DNA of 64,000 bases from IMG/VR virus record IMGVR_UViG_3300035676_000001, one strand, 5' to 3'. The notes under the pieces were generated by a model. That model was not told the origin of the DNA, did no database searches, and worked only from the letters and a program-made list of their open reading frames with translations. The position numbers and the translations under genes are program-made. This document shows positions 36,675 to 48,400 of this stretch, one piece after another. Every line of letters begins with the position of its first letter. Position 1 is the stretch's first letter. The DNA is from a virus (Duplodnaviria > Caudoviricetes).

Positions 36675-39600
36675 CTAATAGCAATACTCCTCAAATCTTT
36701 AAATCTTGGTGCTTGTGATTGATCTGTACCAGCCATTACAATCTTAATTGTATATCCAGTAAAGTCTCCTAGATTATTAGCATTAAATTCATATTCGAGG
36801 AATTGGTTATCCAAACTTGCTGGAACAAATGTATCAGGCAATCCATTATTTTTTGAAGGATCAATTACATCTGGATACCCATCCTGATTATTATCAACTG
36901 TCAAATTAGTATAACCTGGGAATAATTCAAATGACTGTTCAATTTCACTGGAATCTGGTCTAATCAAGCTGTATAGAACTCTAAAGTCCGCAGATGCTGG
37001 TCTGTAAGCGCCGATAATGACCTTAAGTGCTGTTGCTGGTTGAGATAACCTTACGGTGTTTGAAACATATACAGCAGCGTGTGGATCATTAACTAAAGAA
37101 TTAACTCTACCATCATTAACAAAATCTGTAATTGGATTATTTAATCTGTTACTTGATAAGTTGATTGAAGAATTTTTCCAGAAAATCATTGGAGACAGAT
37201 TTGTATCTGATGTTGATAAATTAATCTTTGCAGTGAAAGATTTATTTCTTAGCATTCCATCCAAGTAAGTTTCTTCATTAATATTGGAACAAATAATTCT
37301 GGTCGAAGATAACTTATTAGAAGCTGCGATTTCAACAGTTTCATACCCCTGATCAATAAATGAACTTTCTACACCATCAACACTGGTTCCACTTACGGTT
37401 CTAATTTCTGCAGATATTTCAGTTGCAGATCCAGGAACAATACATGCAATCTCTGGAGTAATCGTATCATACTGAATATTTTCAGTTGCATAAACATTAT
37501 TTCCACCACCAGTATATTCTGAATTAAATGAAATTTGTGGAGCAGATGCTAGACTTCCATCCGTTCCCCTGTTTACTGCATTACTATCAAAGTTTGAACG
37601 GTCAAATTCGATATAATAAGTATCAATATCATTACCAGTATCACTGATATCGTGAGTTGCATTAATTCTTCTTAGAGAAACTCCACTAAGTTCGTACTTA
37701 TAAACCATACTATTAACTGCATGATCTAAAACCAGAGTGGAATCAATTCCTCTCGTGATAGTAAGTAATTGCCCAGTTCCTACAGATTCATATTTAATAA
37801 TTTCATTTTCAATTTTAATGAATCCTGGATTGGATGCGCTAACAGCAATTCCCTCAAAAGTTGTGAAGTTTGAAGTTGAAGCAACACTGATTGAAGTGTC
37901 GCTAGATAAAAGAGTTGCTGATAGAGTTGTTGGTGCAATATTAGATTCAATATTGCTCAGAGTCAATTTATTATTTGAGGCATACATTCCGTGATCGAAA
38001 TGATTGACCTTCATAAAGTTTCCAGAATAAACACCACCTACTGGAGTTGATGTTCTAATCGTCGTTCCTGCCAGAGATACTGCTGTTCCAGAATTATCAT
38101 AATAGACAAGTGTAGAAACTCCAACAGTAGTAAATGATTGTGCCTGAACATTGGAAAGATATAATGTATCAAGACCAGTGATTGCAGTAATCGTAATTCT
38201 AGCATCACGCCCAGCTGCTGGAGATACATCTGCTGTTTTAATTCCTACTACATCACCAACTGCATACCCATTTCCTGGAGTCGCTACAGTTACTGCAGAA
38301 ACAACTCCATTTGTGGCAGTCATATTGAGTTTTAATCCACTTCCACTACCACTAATAGCATAAGTTCCAACATTAGATGTTGAAGTATAGTTAGATCCTC
38401 CTGTAGTGATTCCTACAGTAGAAACTGAACTACCTGTACCAACAATATATCCATAATTATATGGTTTTGCAGCATCTGCAACTTTTCTTCCAGTTGTCAA
38501 AATTCCAATCATCGCAGAGTTGGTAATTGTACTTACCCCTACAGCAAATTTCTTAGGTAAAGTTGTAATTGGATTTTCGAATAGTTTTGGTATATATCCA
38601 TTACTCTCATTGAGAGTTGGATTCTGGAAATATACACTTCCAGTCTTTGAAGTAAACTCCGCTTTATAGAGTTTAAATTTCAAATCTTGATACTGATTCT
38701 CTGTCCAGATTGATCCATTCTGAGATTTGAATAGTGCTCCGAGAGCAAACTGCTTAGTATAACGGACACTCTCTGCATCTGGTAAAGTTGCAGTATTTTT
38801 AGTCTTTTCACCCATTTCAGCAATCCAGACCTCATATTGGTCTGTTTGTGGGGCAAGAAGAACTACTGCGTACTCTAAACCTGGAGCAAGATATATTGGA
38901 TAATCGAAAGTAACAGTTGTTGCTACAGTTCCATCAGTTGAAGTATTGATTTGATTTGGTTTTAAAATGACTGGATTTCCAACAACTGTTCTTGTTGGTG
39001 TTCCCAATTCGACCGTTCTAATCTCGACGGTAAGAGGTGCATTATCTGGGTCTTTACTTGCAAAGAATAAATCTACTGCAGTCAAATATGCTCCATTACT
39101 ATCATCATTAGGAGAATTTCCATTCAAATCTTCAATGTTTCCACCAACAGAGAATGATTGTGCAAGAGGATCGACAAAATAAATCGTTGTTGATGTAGTC
39201 GTTACTTTTTGTCTTTCCTCCCAAGTTCCCTCTGCCTTATAAATTGTTTCCGCTGAAGAGATTAACTTGCTTCCTGGAAGTGGAGTTTCATTTGTGGAGC
39301 TTGAAGATAATTTGTAAACCTTAGATCCTGTTGCAATTCTAACGGGAGGAGCAGGATTTGTATTTGGATCTCTTAGGAAAAATGCTCCTTGAAGATCTCC
39401 ATAATTATCAGAAATCAATCTGAGTTGTTTTACATATGCTACTGCTCCGCTAGTTTGACCAACTAACTTCATTCCAGTAACCAAATATCCAGAATATAGA
39501 CCTTGTGCTTCAGCGCATAAAGAATTGATATCTACATTAAGAATTTTTGATGTTGCACTATATGCTGATGGAATACTTTCATTTTTATCGTATGGGTTGA

Positions 39601-42600
39601 TATTATAAGTTACTGTTGGAGAATTGAAGGGACCTTCTTTATGATTTGATGTTGCAACTCTAAAACTAATTAAATTCTTACCATCATAAGACCCGACAAC
39701 AGTCTCTCCAACACTAAACGCTGCTGAAGCACCATAATTTTCCAATGTCGAATCAGTTGCAATTTCAATTAATTTTGGAACGAAATCAACTTCACTATTG
39801 CTATCAAGGAATTGATATATTCTCGTTAATGGTTTCAGATTTACTGCATTAAATCCAGTGTTACGAGATCTCATATAGAGTTCTGTTCCACTAGAAATTA
39901 ATCTATCTTGAACATTTGTAGAAGAACTTGATCCAACAACAGCAAATGTTCCGGTTGCTCTTAACCACACCCAATTTGCCTGATTGATAATATTTACATC
40001 TTGAAGTCTAATCGTTCTTACCCAACTATCACTTTCTGGGTTTAATTTTATAGTTCCACTATATGATACTACATGGAATGGGTTTACATTTTCAACTTTA
40101 GTTGCTAATGGCTGCTCTATCCATCCAATAGATTCATATCTGAGGGTAATTACATCATTTGTCTTTTGTACATTTGAATCATATAATGAGAAATTATTAG
40201 AAAGATCTAAATCTTCATTAATAAAAACCTCGGCAGAAAGTGGTAATAAATTAATACTATTTCTACTAATTTGTGGAGTCAGTTCATCATTTACAGTATC
40301 TACTTCAACTGTTGAAACTTGTACATTAATAAGATCGCTATTTTTGAAATCATCTACAAAAAATCCGGTTTTAAATCTATTAAATCCTTGAGCATCTTGA
40401 ATTTGTAGAGTCTGTGTATTGAGTTCGAGTAAAGAGAGAGAAGTTACTTTTTCTAAATTCTCTACTCTATCTTCAATTAATCCAATATCACGCATCGTAT
40501 ATCTTCTATTATCTACTAAAGATATTGAAGCATCTTTTGGATTGTAAAGATATGGGGGCAATGTAATTGTTGCCATCTCCATAACTTCATCTGGTTTTGA
40601 TGGAGCTTTAGGATCTGTCGAAGGAACACCCTGAAGAACGATAAAGTTTCCTAATTTATCCAAATAAAGTTTATCAATTCTACCAAGATAGAAATCATAA
40701 CCAACTAAAGAGCTTTCATTTGGAGAAAGGACTAACTTTGGTTCTGTACCGAAAGTTCTGGAAGCAAAATCGAATGGAGATGAAGTTGTGCTAGAGAATA
40801 CAGATACTCGTGGTCTGAAATCTAAAGTATCTGATGCTCTTACATTATTTTTACCAATATTTGGAATATCTGATGAGAATCTCGCTGCCTCATAACTATT
40901 GACTGTAAATACATCTCCAGTATCACCAGATGGGACTGTATAGTAATCAAATACTACCAATAACTGATTGGTTGGTGATTCTTCTCCAGAATTTCTTACA
41001 AGTCTGGAATAATCATAGTATTGCTCTTTTTGTCCTTTATCAAGAGTAAACTTATTAGTTATATTTTTATAACTACCTGGGGTGGTGGAAATGAGAGCAG
41101 TATTAATATTAGACTCTTCAAAATTAATATTTTCACCTACAACAAATCTATTGGTGTTTAGATAAACAATACCTAAATTATTTGAAGATGGTTTAGAAAC
41201 AATTCTTGCAATTGCCTTACTTGTTCCACCAACAATATTCTCACCGATAATTGCATTTACATCTACATTGGCAATAGAACTGAATGAAACTACATCCAAA
41301 GATGGTGCAGATGTATTTAAGGATTCATATACTGCAATAACTTTCGCTACATCTGGATAGTTTAAACAAATTTCCTCATCTTGGACTCTCAAACCATAAT
41401 ATGGATTATAAGCCAGTCCGTCATTAATAGAAGTACTAATTCCAGTACCAGATTCTGTATACTTGGATAAAGTTACATTAATTGTTTTACTACGATTAAA
41501 TTGCTTTACTTTACTTTGAATTCCGTTTTTAATAAATGTTGCATTGATTGCTGCAATATTTTTATTATCAATATTACTAAATGTAACTTGATTAGATGAC
41601 AGAGTAAACTTATCTGAAGTCAAATCTTCAATTGTTCCATCCGCATAATGAATAGAATATCTTTCTTCGTCAAATGCTTGGAATTGTGAAGTAGCAGAAC
41701 TTATTCCTAAATCAAAATTACTTGTAGAAACCGTAAGTGTATTACTTGATGGGGTCAATGTAGCATTAGACTGTGCTGTAAATGTTAAAATAGAATCACT
41801 TAGATTTGTGGTTGAAATATTTGAATCTGGTAGTTGTGCATAAAGATATCCAGATTGCTCATTTCTAATTTTTGGAGTACCAATTGAAAAAGTTGTACTT
41901 GTCTGAGATGCTGGTAAAGAACCATCACAAACACCAGATACATTAGTAACTGATGCCAAAGTCATAGATGACCCATCAGCAGAAACTGATTGAACTCTAT
42001 TATATGTTTCAGTAAGAAATCCTACTCTTTGATATCTAATAATTGTATCCGATGCTATTCCACTGAAGATTTTTCCAGATGCGGAAACTGCACCACTTGA
42101 TTGAATAGTAATTACATCAGTTGGAGAAAAACCAAAAGCAGTAGATTTGTCTAATTGGGCATCTGCTGCAAATGCCGTAGAAAATCCAGATACTGATGTT
42201 GACTGGAATAATGATTTAATGTCTTGAGTTGAATATGACCTTATTGATCTTATGGATCTGGAATATAATTCCAATCCATTGATTAGAATTTGCTCACCAA
42301 CGATAAATGTTCCAGATGTTTGTCTCAATGAGATAATGTTAGATCCAGTACCAACAGATGTTGCATATCCACTAGCACCACTACTCTTACCTTTTACAAA
42401 TGATGTTGCAGGAAGTTCGGTTCCAGAGACACCCTGGTTTAAGGTAAGTTGTGTGTAAGTCTGAATATCATAGAGATATAAATCCCAATTTGTAGCGGCA
42501 CTTGAGTATGCTGCATCAGTTACATTGAAGGTATATACTCTAGCATCACCGATTTTAGTTCCTGATGCTGCAGTGGTTGATGACTTTCTTTGATTATAAA

Positions 42601-43858
42601 GTTCTATAGTCGCTTTTTGCTTTGGACCTCCAGAAGCATTATTTACTCGAACCAAATTACCCATTTCAAATGGGATATTAATATCAGACTTAGTGGCAGT
42701 TGTTCTTGGTTTAGGAACATCTACTATTTCTATACCGGTTTTTTCGATATCATATCCCCTCACATACGCTTTGCCTGGAGCAAACTTGATACACATCAAG
42801 TTATCTGATGGGGTATTTCCTTTTTCTGTTTTTTCATTACTAAAGAATAGACCATCATTACCCAGTCTATTATTCAGAGAATTATTTAATGAAAATTCAA
42901 ATGGATCTACAACATAATCTCCAGATTCATCATATGTTCTTTGCGCTAGATAATCTCTAATGATCGAGTATTGAGATTTGGTTTCAATTTTTTTAATTGC
43001 ACCGTTTTGAACTCTCAATAATTCTACAAAATCAGTATCATTATCAATATCTGTCAGTAGTTTTTTGGTTAATGTTAGAGAAATTTTAAATCTATCTGCG
43101 CCAGGTGCAGCATAGTTAGTAAATCCTTTGGCATTATCATAGAGAGATGAATCATCTTTTGCTGTGATGATTTGCTCATTAATTCTGAGACCTACACGAT
43201 ATGATGGTGTATTAGTGTAATAGTCGAGAATAATTGTTTGTTTTGGTACTCTTACAAATGTACCTCTAATGAAGTAGACGCCTTCCCCTATTGAGGCTGC
43301 TGATCCGGTAGAAGTTGCATCTGCAGAAATGGTAGTTGCAAAAGATGTACCAGCATTAATTGTTGTTCCATTGTAAATTACATTTTCACTTGCTGATAAA
43401 GATTCTCCATTTTGAAATTCATTAAATGTAAAGTTATTATCGGAATCTTGATATTTTACATATATCGTTACATATTCAACATCAGAATTTGGAAGTTGAA
43501 CTAATTGAATAGTTGCAGTTGTTCCAGAAACCTGTCCTGTTATTTTTTTACCTACAAACTTTTCAATGTATGATGCAATATTAACCCCAAATGCTGTTGG
43601 GTTTAACTTTACAGCATAAAACTGATTATCAAAAACAATGTTTCCAGGGATCACCATCGATCCCTCTTTGAAAATATGACTACCGAACGATTCTACTTGA
43701 TCCTGTAATATTGATTGAAGAGTATTTAATTCTCTTGCCTGTACAGGTCTTCCTGGATTGAATAGAACCTTATAATAGTTTTTATCCTTAGCGCCGATAT
43801 CACGCTCATTAAAATCGTCATAATATGGGCTTACATTTAGATTTGTTTTCTGAGCCAT
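36671..43858 (-). CDS. Large virion structural protein (VrlC / DUF4815-like)
   Basis: NLNVSPYYDDF, VLFNPGRPVQARELN, YAAPGADRFK, GFFVDDF and DPLAQSF. Confidence 0.85.
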   Translation of the reverse strand: MAQKTNLNVSPYYDDFNERDIGAKDKNYYKVLFNPGRPVQARELNTLQSILQDQVESFGSHIFKEGSMVIPGNIVFDNQFYAVKLNPTAFGVNIASYIEKFVGKKITGQVSGTTATIQLVQLPNSDVEYVTIYVKYQDSDNNFTFNEFQNGESLSASENVIYNGTTINAGTSFATTISADATSTGSAASIGEGVYFIRGTFVRVPKQTIILDYYTNTPSYRVGLRINEQIITAKDDSSLYDNAKGFTNYAAPGADRFKISLTLTKKLLTDIDNDTDFVELLRVQNGAIKKIETKSQYSIIRDYLAQRTYDESGDYVVDPFEFSLNNSLNNRLGNDGLFFSNEKTEKGNTPSDNLMCIKFAPGKAYVRGYDIEKTGIEIVDVPKPRTTATKSDINIPFEMGNLVRVNNASGGPKQKATIELYNQRKSSTTAASGTKIGDARVYTFNVTDAAYSSAATNWDLYLYDIQTYTQLTLNQGVSGTELPATSFVKGKSSGASGYATSVGTGSNIISLRQTSGTFIVGEQILINGLELYSRSIRSIRSYSTQDIKSLFQSTSVSGFSTAFAADAQLDKSTAFGFSPTDVITIQSSGAVSASGKIFSGIASDTIIRYQRVGFLTETYNRVQSVSADGSSMTLASVTNVSGVCDGSLPASQTSTTFSIGTPKIRNEQSGYLYAQLPDSNISTTNLSDSILTFTAQSNATLTPSSNTLTVSTSNFDLGISSATSQFQAFDEERYSIHYADGTIEDLTSDKFTLSSNQVTFSNIDNKNIAAINATFIKNGIQSKVKQFNRSKTINVTLSKYTESGTGISTSINDGLAYNPYYGLRVQDEEICLNYPDVAKVIAVYESLNTSAPSLDVVSFSSIANVDVNAIIGENIVGGTSKAIARIVSKPSSNNLGIVYLNTNRFVVGENINFEESNINTALISTTPGSYKNITNKFTLDKGQKEQYYDYSRLVRNSGEESPTNQLLVVFDYYTVPSGDTGDVFTVNSYEAARFSSDIPNIGKNNVRASDTLDFRPRVSVFSSTTSSPFDFASRTFGTEPKLVLSPNESSLVGYDFYLGRIDKLYLDKLGNFIVLQGVPSTDPKAPSKPDEVMEMATITLPPYLYNPKDASISLVDNRRYTMRDIGLIEDRVENLEKVTSLSLLELNTQTLQIQDAQGFNRFKTGFFVDDFKNSDLINVQVSTVEVDTVNDELTPQISRNSINLLPLSAEVFINEDLDLSNNFSLYDSNVQKTNDVITLRYESIGWIEQPLATKVENVNPFHVVSYSGTIKLNPESDSWVRTIRLQDVNIINQANWVWLRATGTFAVVGSSSSTNVQDRLISSGTELYMRSRNTGFNAVNLKPLTRIYQFLDSNSEVDFVPKLIEIATDSTLENYGASAAFSVGETVVGSYDGKNLISFRVATSNHKEGPFNSPTVTYNINPYDKNESIPSAYSATSKILNVDINSLCAEAQGLYSGYLVTGMKLVGQTSGAVAYVKQLRLISDNYGDLQGAFFLRDPNTNPAPPVRIATGSKVYKLSSSSTNETPLPGSKLISSAETIYKAEGTWEERQKVTTTSTTIYFVDPLAQSFSVGGNIEDLNGNSPNDDSNGAYLTAVDLFFASKDPDNAPLTVEIRTVELGTPTRTVVGNPVILKPNQINTSTDGTVATTVTFDYPIYLAPGLEYAVVLLAPQTDQYEVWIAEMGEKTKNTATLPDAESVRYTKQFALGALFKSQNGSIWTENQYQDLKFKLYKAEFTSKTGSVYFQNPTLNESNGYIPKLFENPITTLPKKFAVGVSTITNSAMIGILTTGRKVADAAKPYNYGYIVGTGSSVSTVGITTGGSNYTSTSNVGTYAISGSGSGLKLNMTATNGVVSAVTVATPGNGYAVGDVVGIKTADVSPAAGRDARITITAITGLDTLYLSNVQAQSFTTVGVSTLVYYDNSGTAVSLAGTTIRTSTPVGGVYSGNFMKVNHFDHGMYASNNKLTLSNIESNIAPTTLSATLLSSDTSISVASTSNFTTFEGIAVSASNPGFIKIENEIIKYESVGTGQLLTITRGIDSTLVLDHAVNSMVYKYELSGVSLRRINATHDISDTGNDIDTYYIEFDRSNFDSNAVNRGTDGSLASAPQISFNSEYTGGGNNVYATENIQYDTITPEIACIVPGSATEISAEIRTVSGTSVDGVESSFIDQGYETVEIAASNKLSSTRIICSNINEETYLDGMLRNKSFTAKINLSTSDTNLSPMIFWKNSSINLSSNRLNNPITDFVNDGRVNSLVNDPHAAVYVSNTVRLSQPATALKVIIGAYRPASADFRVLYSLIRPDSSEIEQSFELFPGYTNLTVDNNQDGYPDVIDPSKNNGLPDTFVPASLDNQFLEYEFNANNLGDFTGYTIKIVMAGTDQSQAPRFKDLRSIAIR

Positions 43859-43861
43859 TTC

Positions 43862-45421
43862 TTAGAATTCCAGGATAATTTTAACGTCTTCTTTTTGTCT
43901 AGAACTTCTTGTTACTGTGGGTCTATTATCAATGTAGATTATATCACCTGACTTATTATTTATCTCTGGATTTGCAAGACCGTTTGTAAATTGAACTCCG
44001 AGATTTATAATTTTATTTGAAATTGATGTAGTGATTCCAGAGAAAGAACTATCAATAGAAGCATTAAACCCACCAGCAACTTTGGAAACTTGATTAGTTG
44101 AATTAAATTGAAGAACTTTTCCAGATGTTGATAATCCAACATAATCTGTTTGGTCATAAGTTGTTGGATTAAAATATAAAGATCTATCTTGATAATATTT
44201 CAGAACTTTGGTTTCCGAATCATATGATGCAACATATCCAACAGCAGTTCCACCAGTAACAGATTGTTGAATCTTATCTCCAACAGAAATACTTCCAGTT
44301 GGTGTACCGCTGAATTTCATTGCATAAACTGCAGAAAATTCACTAGAAGTAAATTTGGAAGTATTAATTCCTGTAGAGTCATATACAGTTGGGTTTTTTA
44401 AAATTCCAACTTGCGAGAATTTAGTATCTATTGGAAAATCTTTCGTTGAATCGTCAAATCTCGCATAAATTAAAACTTTATCCGCTCCAAGTTCTTTATA
44501 GATATCAAATCCGTGACCCTTGGATGGTGGAATAATAGGAATTAATTCGGCATATGTTCCTGGATTCCCAGTTGTTCCCAAATCTACAAGAGCATATGTG
44601 TAATTCTTTCCACCAGAAGTTACTGTAGCATCAGTAATTCTCCCAGAGGTATCTACATCCAAGGATACTGTCGCCCCACTACCATCACCAATGATATTAC
44701 AAGTTTGACCCGATGTTAGAGTGTATCCCAGACCTCTATTCTGAATATATACTTTTTTTAATTGATTATCATTTAAAGTTGAATCGCCGTTTTCTCTAAC
44801 GGCAGTTATCTGAGAATCTGTAGTAGTTTGCCAATCATTTGGAACGGTAATATATTCGATAGAGTCAAATTTAATAATATCACTTGGAGAGACGGTATAT
44901 AAGTATTTCCAAATATATCCATCACCACTTTCACCAGCTCGTGAAGGTTCTAAATCGGTAAAAGTTGGTTCATCTTGAGAGGAATTTCCTGTAGTATTAA
45001 TTCCAGATGAACCATTATCAATACAAATATAGACTCTATAATCAGAATTCATTACATAATAATTAGCATCGTACAATCTCATTGCACCTGTAATTGGTGA
45101 TGGATTTACAACACTATAATCGGGTCTATACATTTCATATTTTGTACCTTCAACCCAATCTATTCTTCTAATTACTCTTCTAATATTTGCACTTGTAATT
45201 TTTTTACCAAAAAGAGCAGTAGTTTCATAATGATTCAAATAATCAATATTATCTGTTGGATTTGGAGGTGTAGTATCCCAATTAGAATCTCTACCAAATC
45301 CAGAAGTTGTTGGATTGGATAAACCAACAAATACATAATATGAATTTGTAGAATCCTGAACAGAATCTATAAAATTAGATGCATTCAGGATTCTAAATTG
45401 ATCTGTTACAAGTGCAGACAT
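43862..45421 (-). CDS. gp8: Baseplate wedge protein gp8
   Basis: YYVFVG, YRVYICIDN, DGYIWKYLY and EDVKIILEF. TATAAATA at 45442-45449 upstream. Confidence 0.85.
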   Translation of the reverse strand: MSALVTDQFRILNASNFIDSVQDSTNSYYVFVGLSNPTTSGFGRDSNWDTTPPNPTDNIDYLNHYETTALFGKKITSANIRRVIRRIDWVEGTKYEMYRPDYSVVNPSPITGAMRLYDANYYVMNSDYRVYICIDNGSSGINTTGNSSQDEPTFTDLEPSRAGESGDGYIWKYLYTVSPSDIIKFDSIEYITVPNDWQTTTDSQITAVRENGDSTLNDNQLKKVYIQNRGLGYTLTSGQTCNIIGDGSGATVSLDVDTSGRITDATVTSGGKNYTYALVDLGTTGNPGTYAELIPIIPPSKGHGFDIYKELGADKVLIYARFDDSTKDFPIDTKFSQVGILKNPTVYDSTGINTSKFTSSEFSAVYAMKFSGTPTGSISVGDKIQQSVTGGTAVGYVASYDSETKVLKYYQDRSLYFNPTTYDQTDYVGLSTSGKVLQFNSTNQVSKVAGGFNASIDSSFSGITTSISNKIINLGVQFTNGLANPEINNKSGDIIYIDNRPTVTRSSRQKEDVKIILEF

Positions 45422-45454
45422 TTGAATATAGTTTTTTTCTATATTTATACTATG

Positions 45455-48400
45455 TTACAGAGTCTTTTTAATTGGACCAATATTTCTTAAACCATATCCT
45501 CTTCTTTGGATAGTTGGGAAAGTTGATAATCCAGCATCAACATTATAAGCAGAAACTGCTATGGAAATTGGTGATGTTGATCTTGTAAATCCTGACAATT
45601 TACCCCAAGAGAATTTACCCACGGAAGACCCTGTTGTTGCAATTCCAACAATAGGTGAAGTTGATTGGATGTTACAAGTAATAATTCCAACTGAACTATT
45701 AAATGCACTAATATTATAGATATTATCCAAGAAAGTAGTTCCAACTCCAACTATTGCTGAATCGGTCGTATAAATCGAAGTTACACCTTTTCCGACGGAG
45801 GTATTAAAGATATAAATTGGTTGACCAACTACTAACCCCGTAAATGGTGCGAGAGATGAATCTAATGTAAATTTAATCGCAAGAGCAGTGCCAATTCCAG
45901 TAGATGTTGTAATACCAGTAATATCTCCAGAGAATCCTTGTAAAGTGGTCACATTAGAAATATTTTCATAAGTAGGATCTGGTAAAGGAACAAGAACCTG
46001 TGGAACACTTGATGTCGTATATCCATATCCAGGATTCGTAATTGTGACCGTCGATAGAGATCCATTTACAATAGAGATGGTTGCAGTAGCAGTGGTTCCA
46101 ATACCAACACCAATTGATGGTGGTGCAGAAATACTTACCGTTACTGCTGCTCCAATGTACCCACTTCCAGCGTTATTAATTGTCAATGCCTGAATAGTAC
46201 CCCCAACAGAAACAGTTGCTGTAACGGCAGCCGAAACGGGGTCAGCAGCACCAGAAATAATCAGGGCATCAAATTCTATATTACCAGGAGAAACATTTTC
46301 ATAATTGAAGAATTGTGCGTTATCAACATAAATTTCCGTGTCTGATGCTGAAATATTTTTAATAACCTTTGCAGTTGGATAAATTTGTGATTCAATGGAA
46401 TCTCTAGATTTAGAAACCACATTACCATCAATAATTTTATCTACTTTTTGCTTAGTCCAATTTACTGGTTTGAGATTTTGAGTATCAATTCCCTGCAAAG
46501 TATAAAGATTTGTTTGAACTTTATCTGATGATGAGATATCAGTAATAGTTCTCAAATCTTGAGTTGTGGTAATTCCCAATAATTGATTATTACTATAAAC
46601 TTGTAAATTATCACCTATCTTAAGAGTTTCATTAATATTTACGGTAACACTATCAGAAGAACTTCCTCTATAGAAGAAAATAGCGACATTATCTTCTGGT
46701 TTAGGTGCTTGAGTAAAGGTAAATGATGTTCCACCATTAAACTGATAGGATAATTTTGGTTGTTGTAAAATTCCATTGATAAAAATTAGTAATAAGGAAT
46801 CAAAATCTATCAACTGTGAATCTGGATCGGAAGGATTCCTTTCAAAACTTAATAGTTCCGAATTATAGTAAAGTGGGAAACGAGTTCTTGATCCATCTTG
46901 ATAATCTTTAATGGAATCAATATAATCAAGTTCCCCAAATTGCCAAGCTCCAAATGAATCTGTAAATGTATCTAAAACTGTGAGTTGGAATTCCGAAACA
47001 GGAGAAGGTATACCATATGCAGTTACCAATCCTACAGTTTTAAATACATCACCTTTCTTAAATCCATATCCAGATCTTGTAATTTTAAATCCAGTGACTT
47101 CAAATAGGGTAGAACCTACACCTACAGTAGAACTTGCACCAACCTCAACATTTAACAGCAATCCAATACCAGTATCCGTAGTATTACCAATACCAAGTCT
47201 TGAGACTCCAGTTACAGGTAGATTCTCATAGTTTGGAGAAGAGACATTGATTTGTGGATTGGTATATCCACTACCACCACCAACTACTGTAAATGATAAA
47301 GTTCCACCGGCACCTACAGTTGCAGTAATTGTGGCTGCGGAACCTGTATGACCACTTTCAGTTACTGCAATAGAAACTGGATTTCTATATCCAGAACCAT
47401 AATTTCCAGTAGTGCCAATTCCAATCGATACAATAGACCCACCAGAAATAATAGCAGTTACGGAAGCACCTACAAGTGGAGCATATCCAAGACCTGGAGT
47501 GGATCCTAATGATACAATCATTCCACCTCTGGGTAATTGGTTCATATTAACATCAGATTGAGAAATTATGATGGAACCATTAGTAGATGTAATTCCAGAA
47601 AATACGATGCTGCTAACTCCAACAGTGGTATTTTCAATAATATTATAATTGTTACTCAAATTATTTTCAGTAGTTGGCGTTTGGAAGATTCCATTGATGA
47701 ATACAATTCCATTCCCACCTGTAGATCCTAAACCTACAGTACCAATTCCTTGAGATGATAATGTATAGGTTTGTCCAATTCCAGTGAATCTTTCGGAAAT
47801 ATTATCATATACTTGGTTGGTAGTGTAATCATTTTTTAAGAAAACTCTACCGTTAAAATATGCTCTAGATTCGTCTAAATTATCCAAATCTGCACCTAAT
47901 TGATCCTCAATACTTCCTTGTGGTGCATCAGTGAAATAAATTTCATTACCTGCAATATTAAATGATCCTCTATAGACATTTACGGCAGAGAGGTCATTAT
48001 GAGCAGTTGAAGAAGACCCAACAAATCCTCTAGTAACTTCAACCAATGGAACTGCTCCATTAAAGGTAATAGGTCCAATTGTAGTGGTTCCTAGTCCAAC
48101 ATTATCCACTCTCATATATTCATTATCAATCTTAAGAATATCTCCAAGAGATACTGAAGAGATTCCACTTAGAGCAAATATAGTAAGTCCTGCTCCAATT
48201 TGAGATTGATTATTAAGAGTGTGATTAATCAGAGAATATGCTATTGGATATTGAACAACATTATTAATAGAAATGATAGATTTTTCATTTTTCTTGACCA
48301 TTTCAAGCTGGTGAGCATTTCCTTGACCTGCCGATGTAAATGTTACATAGATTCCTGAAAGTGCATAATCTTTTCTTGTAGATAATTTAAACTTATCATT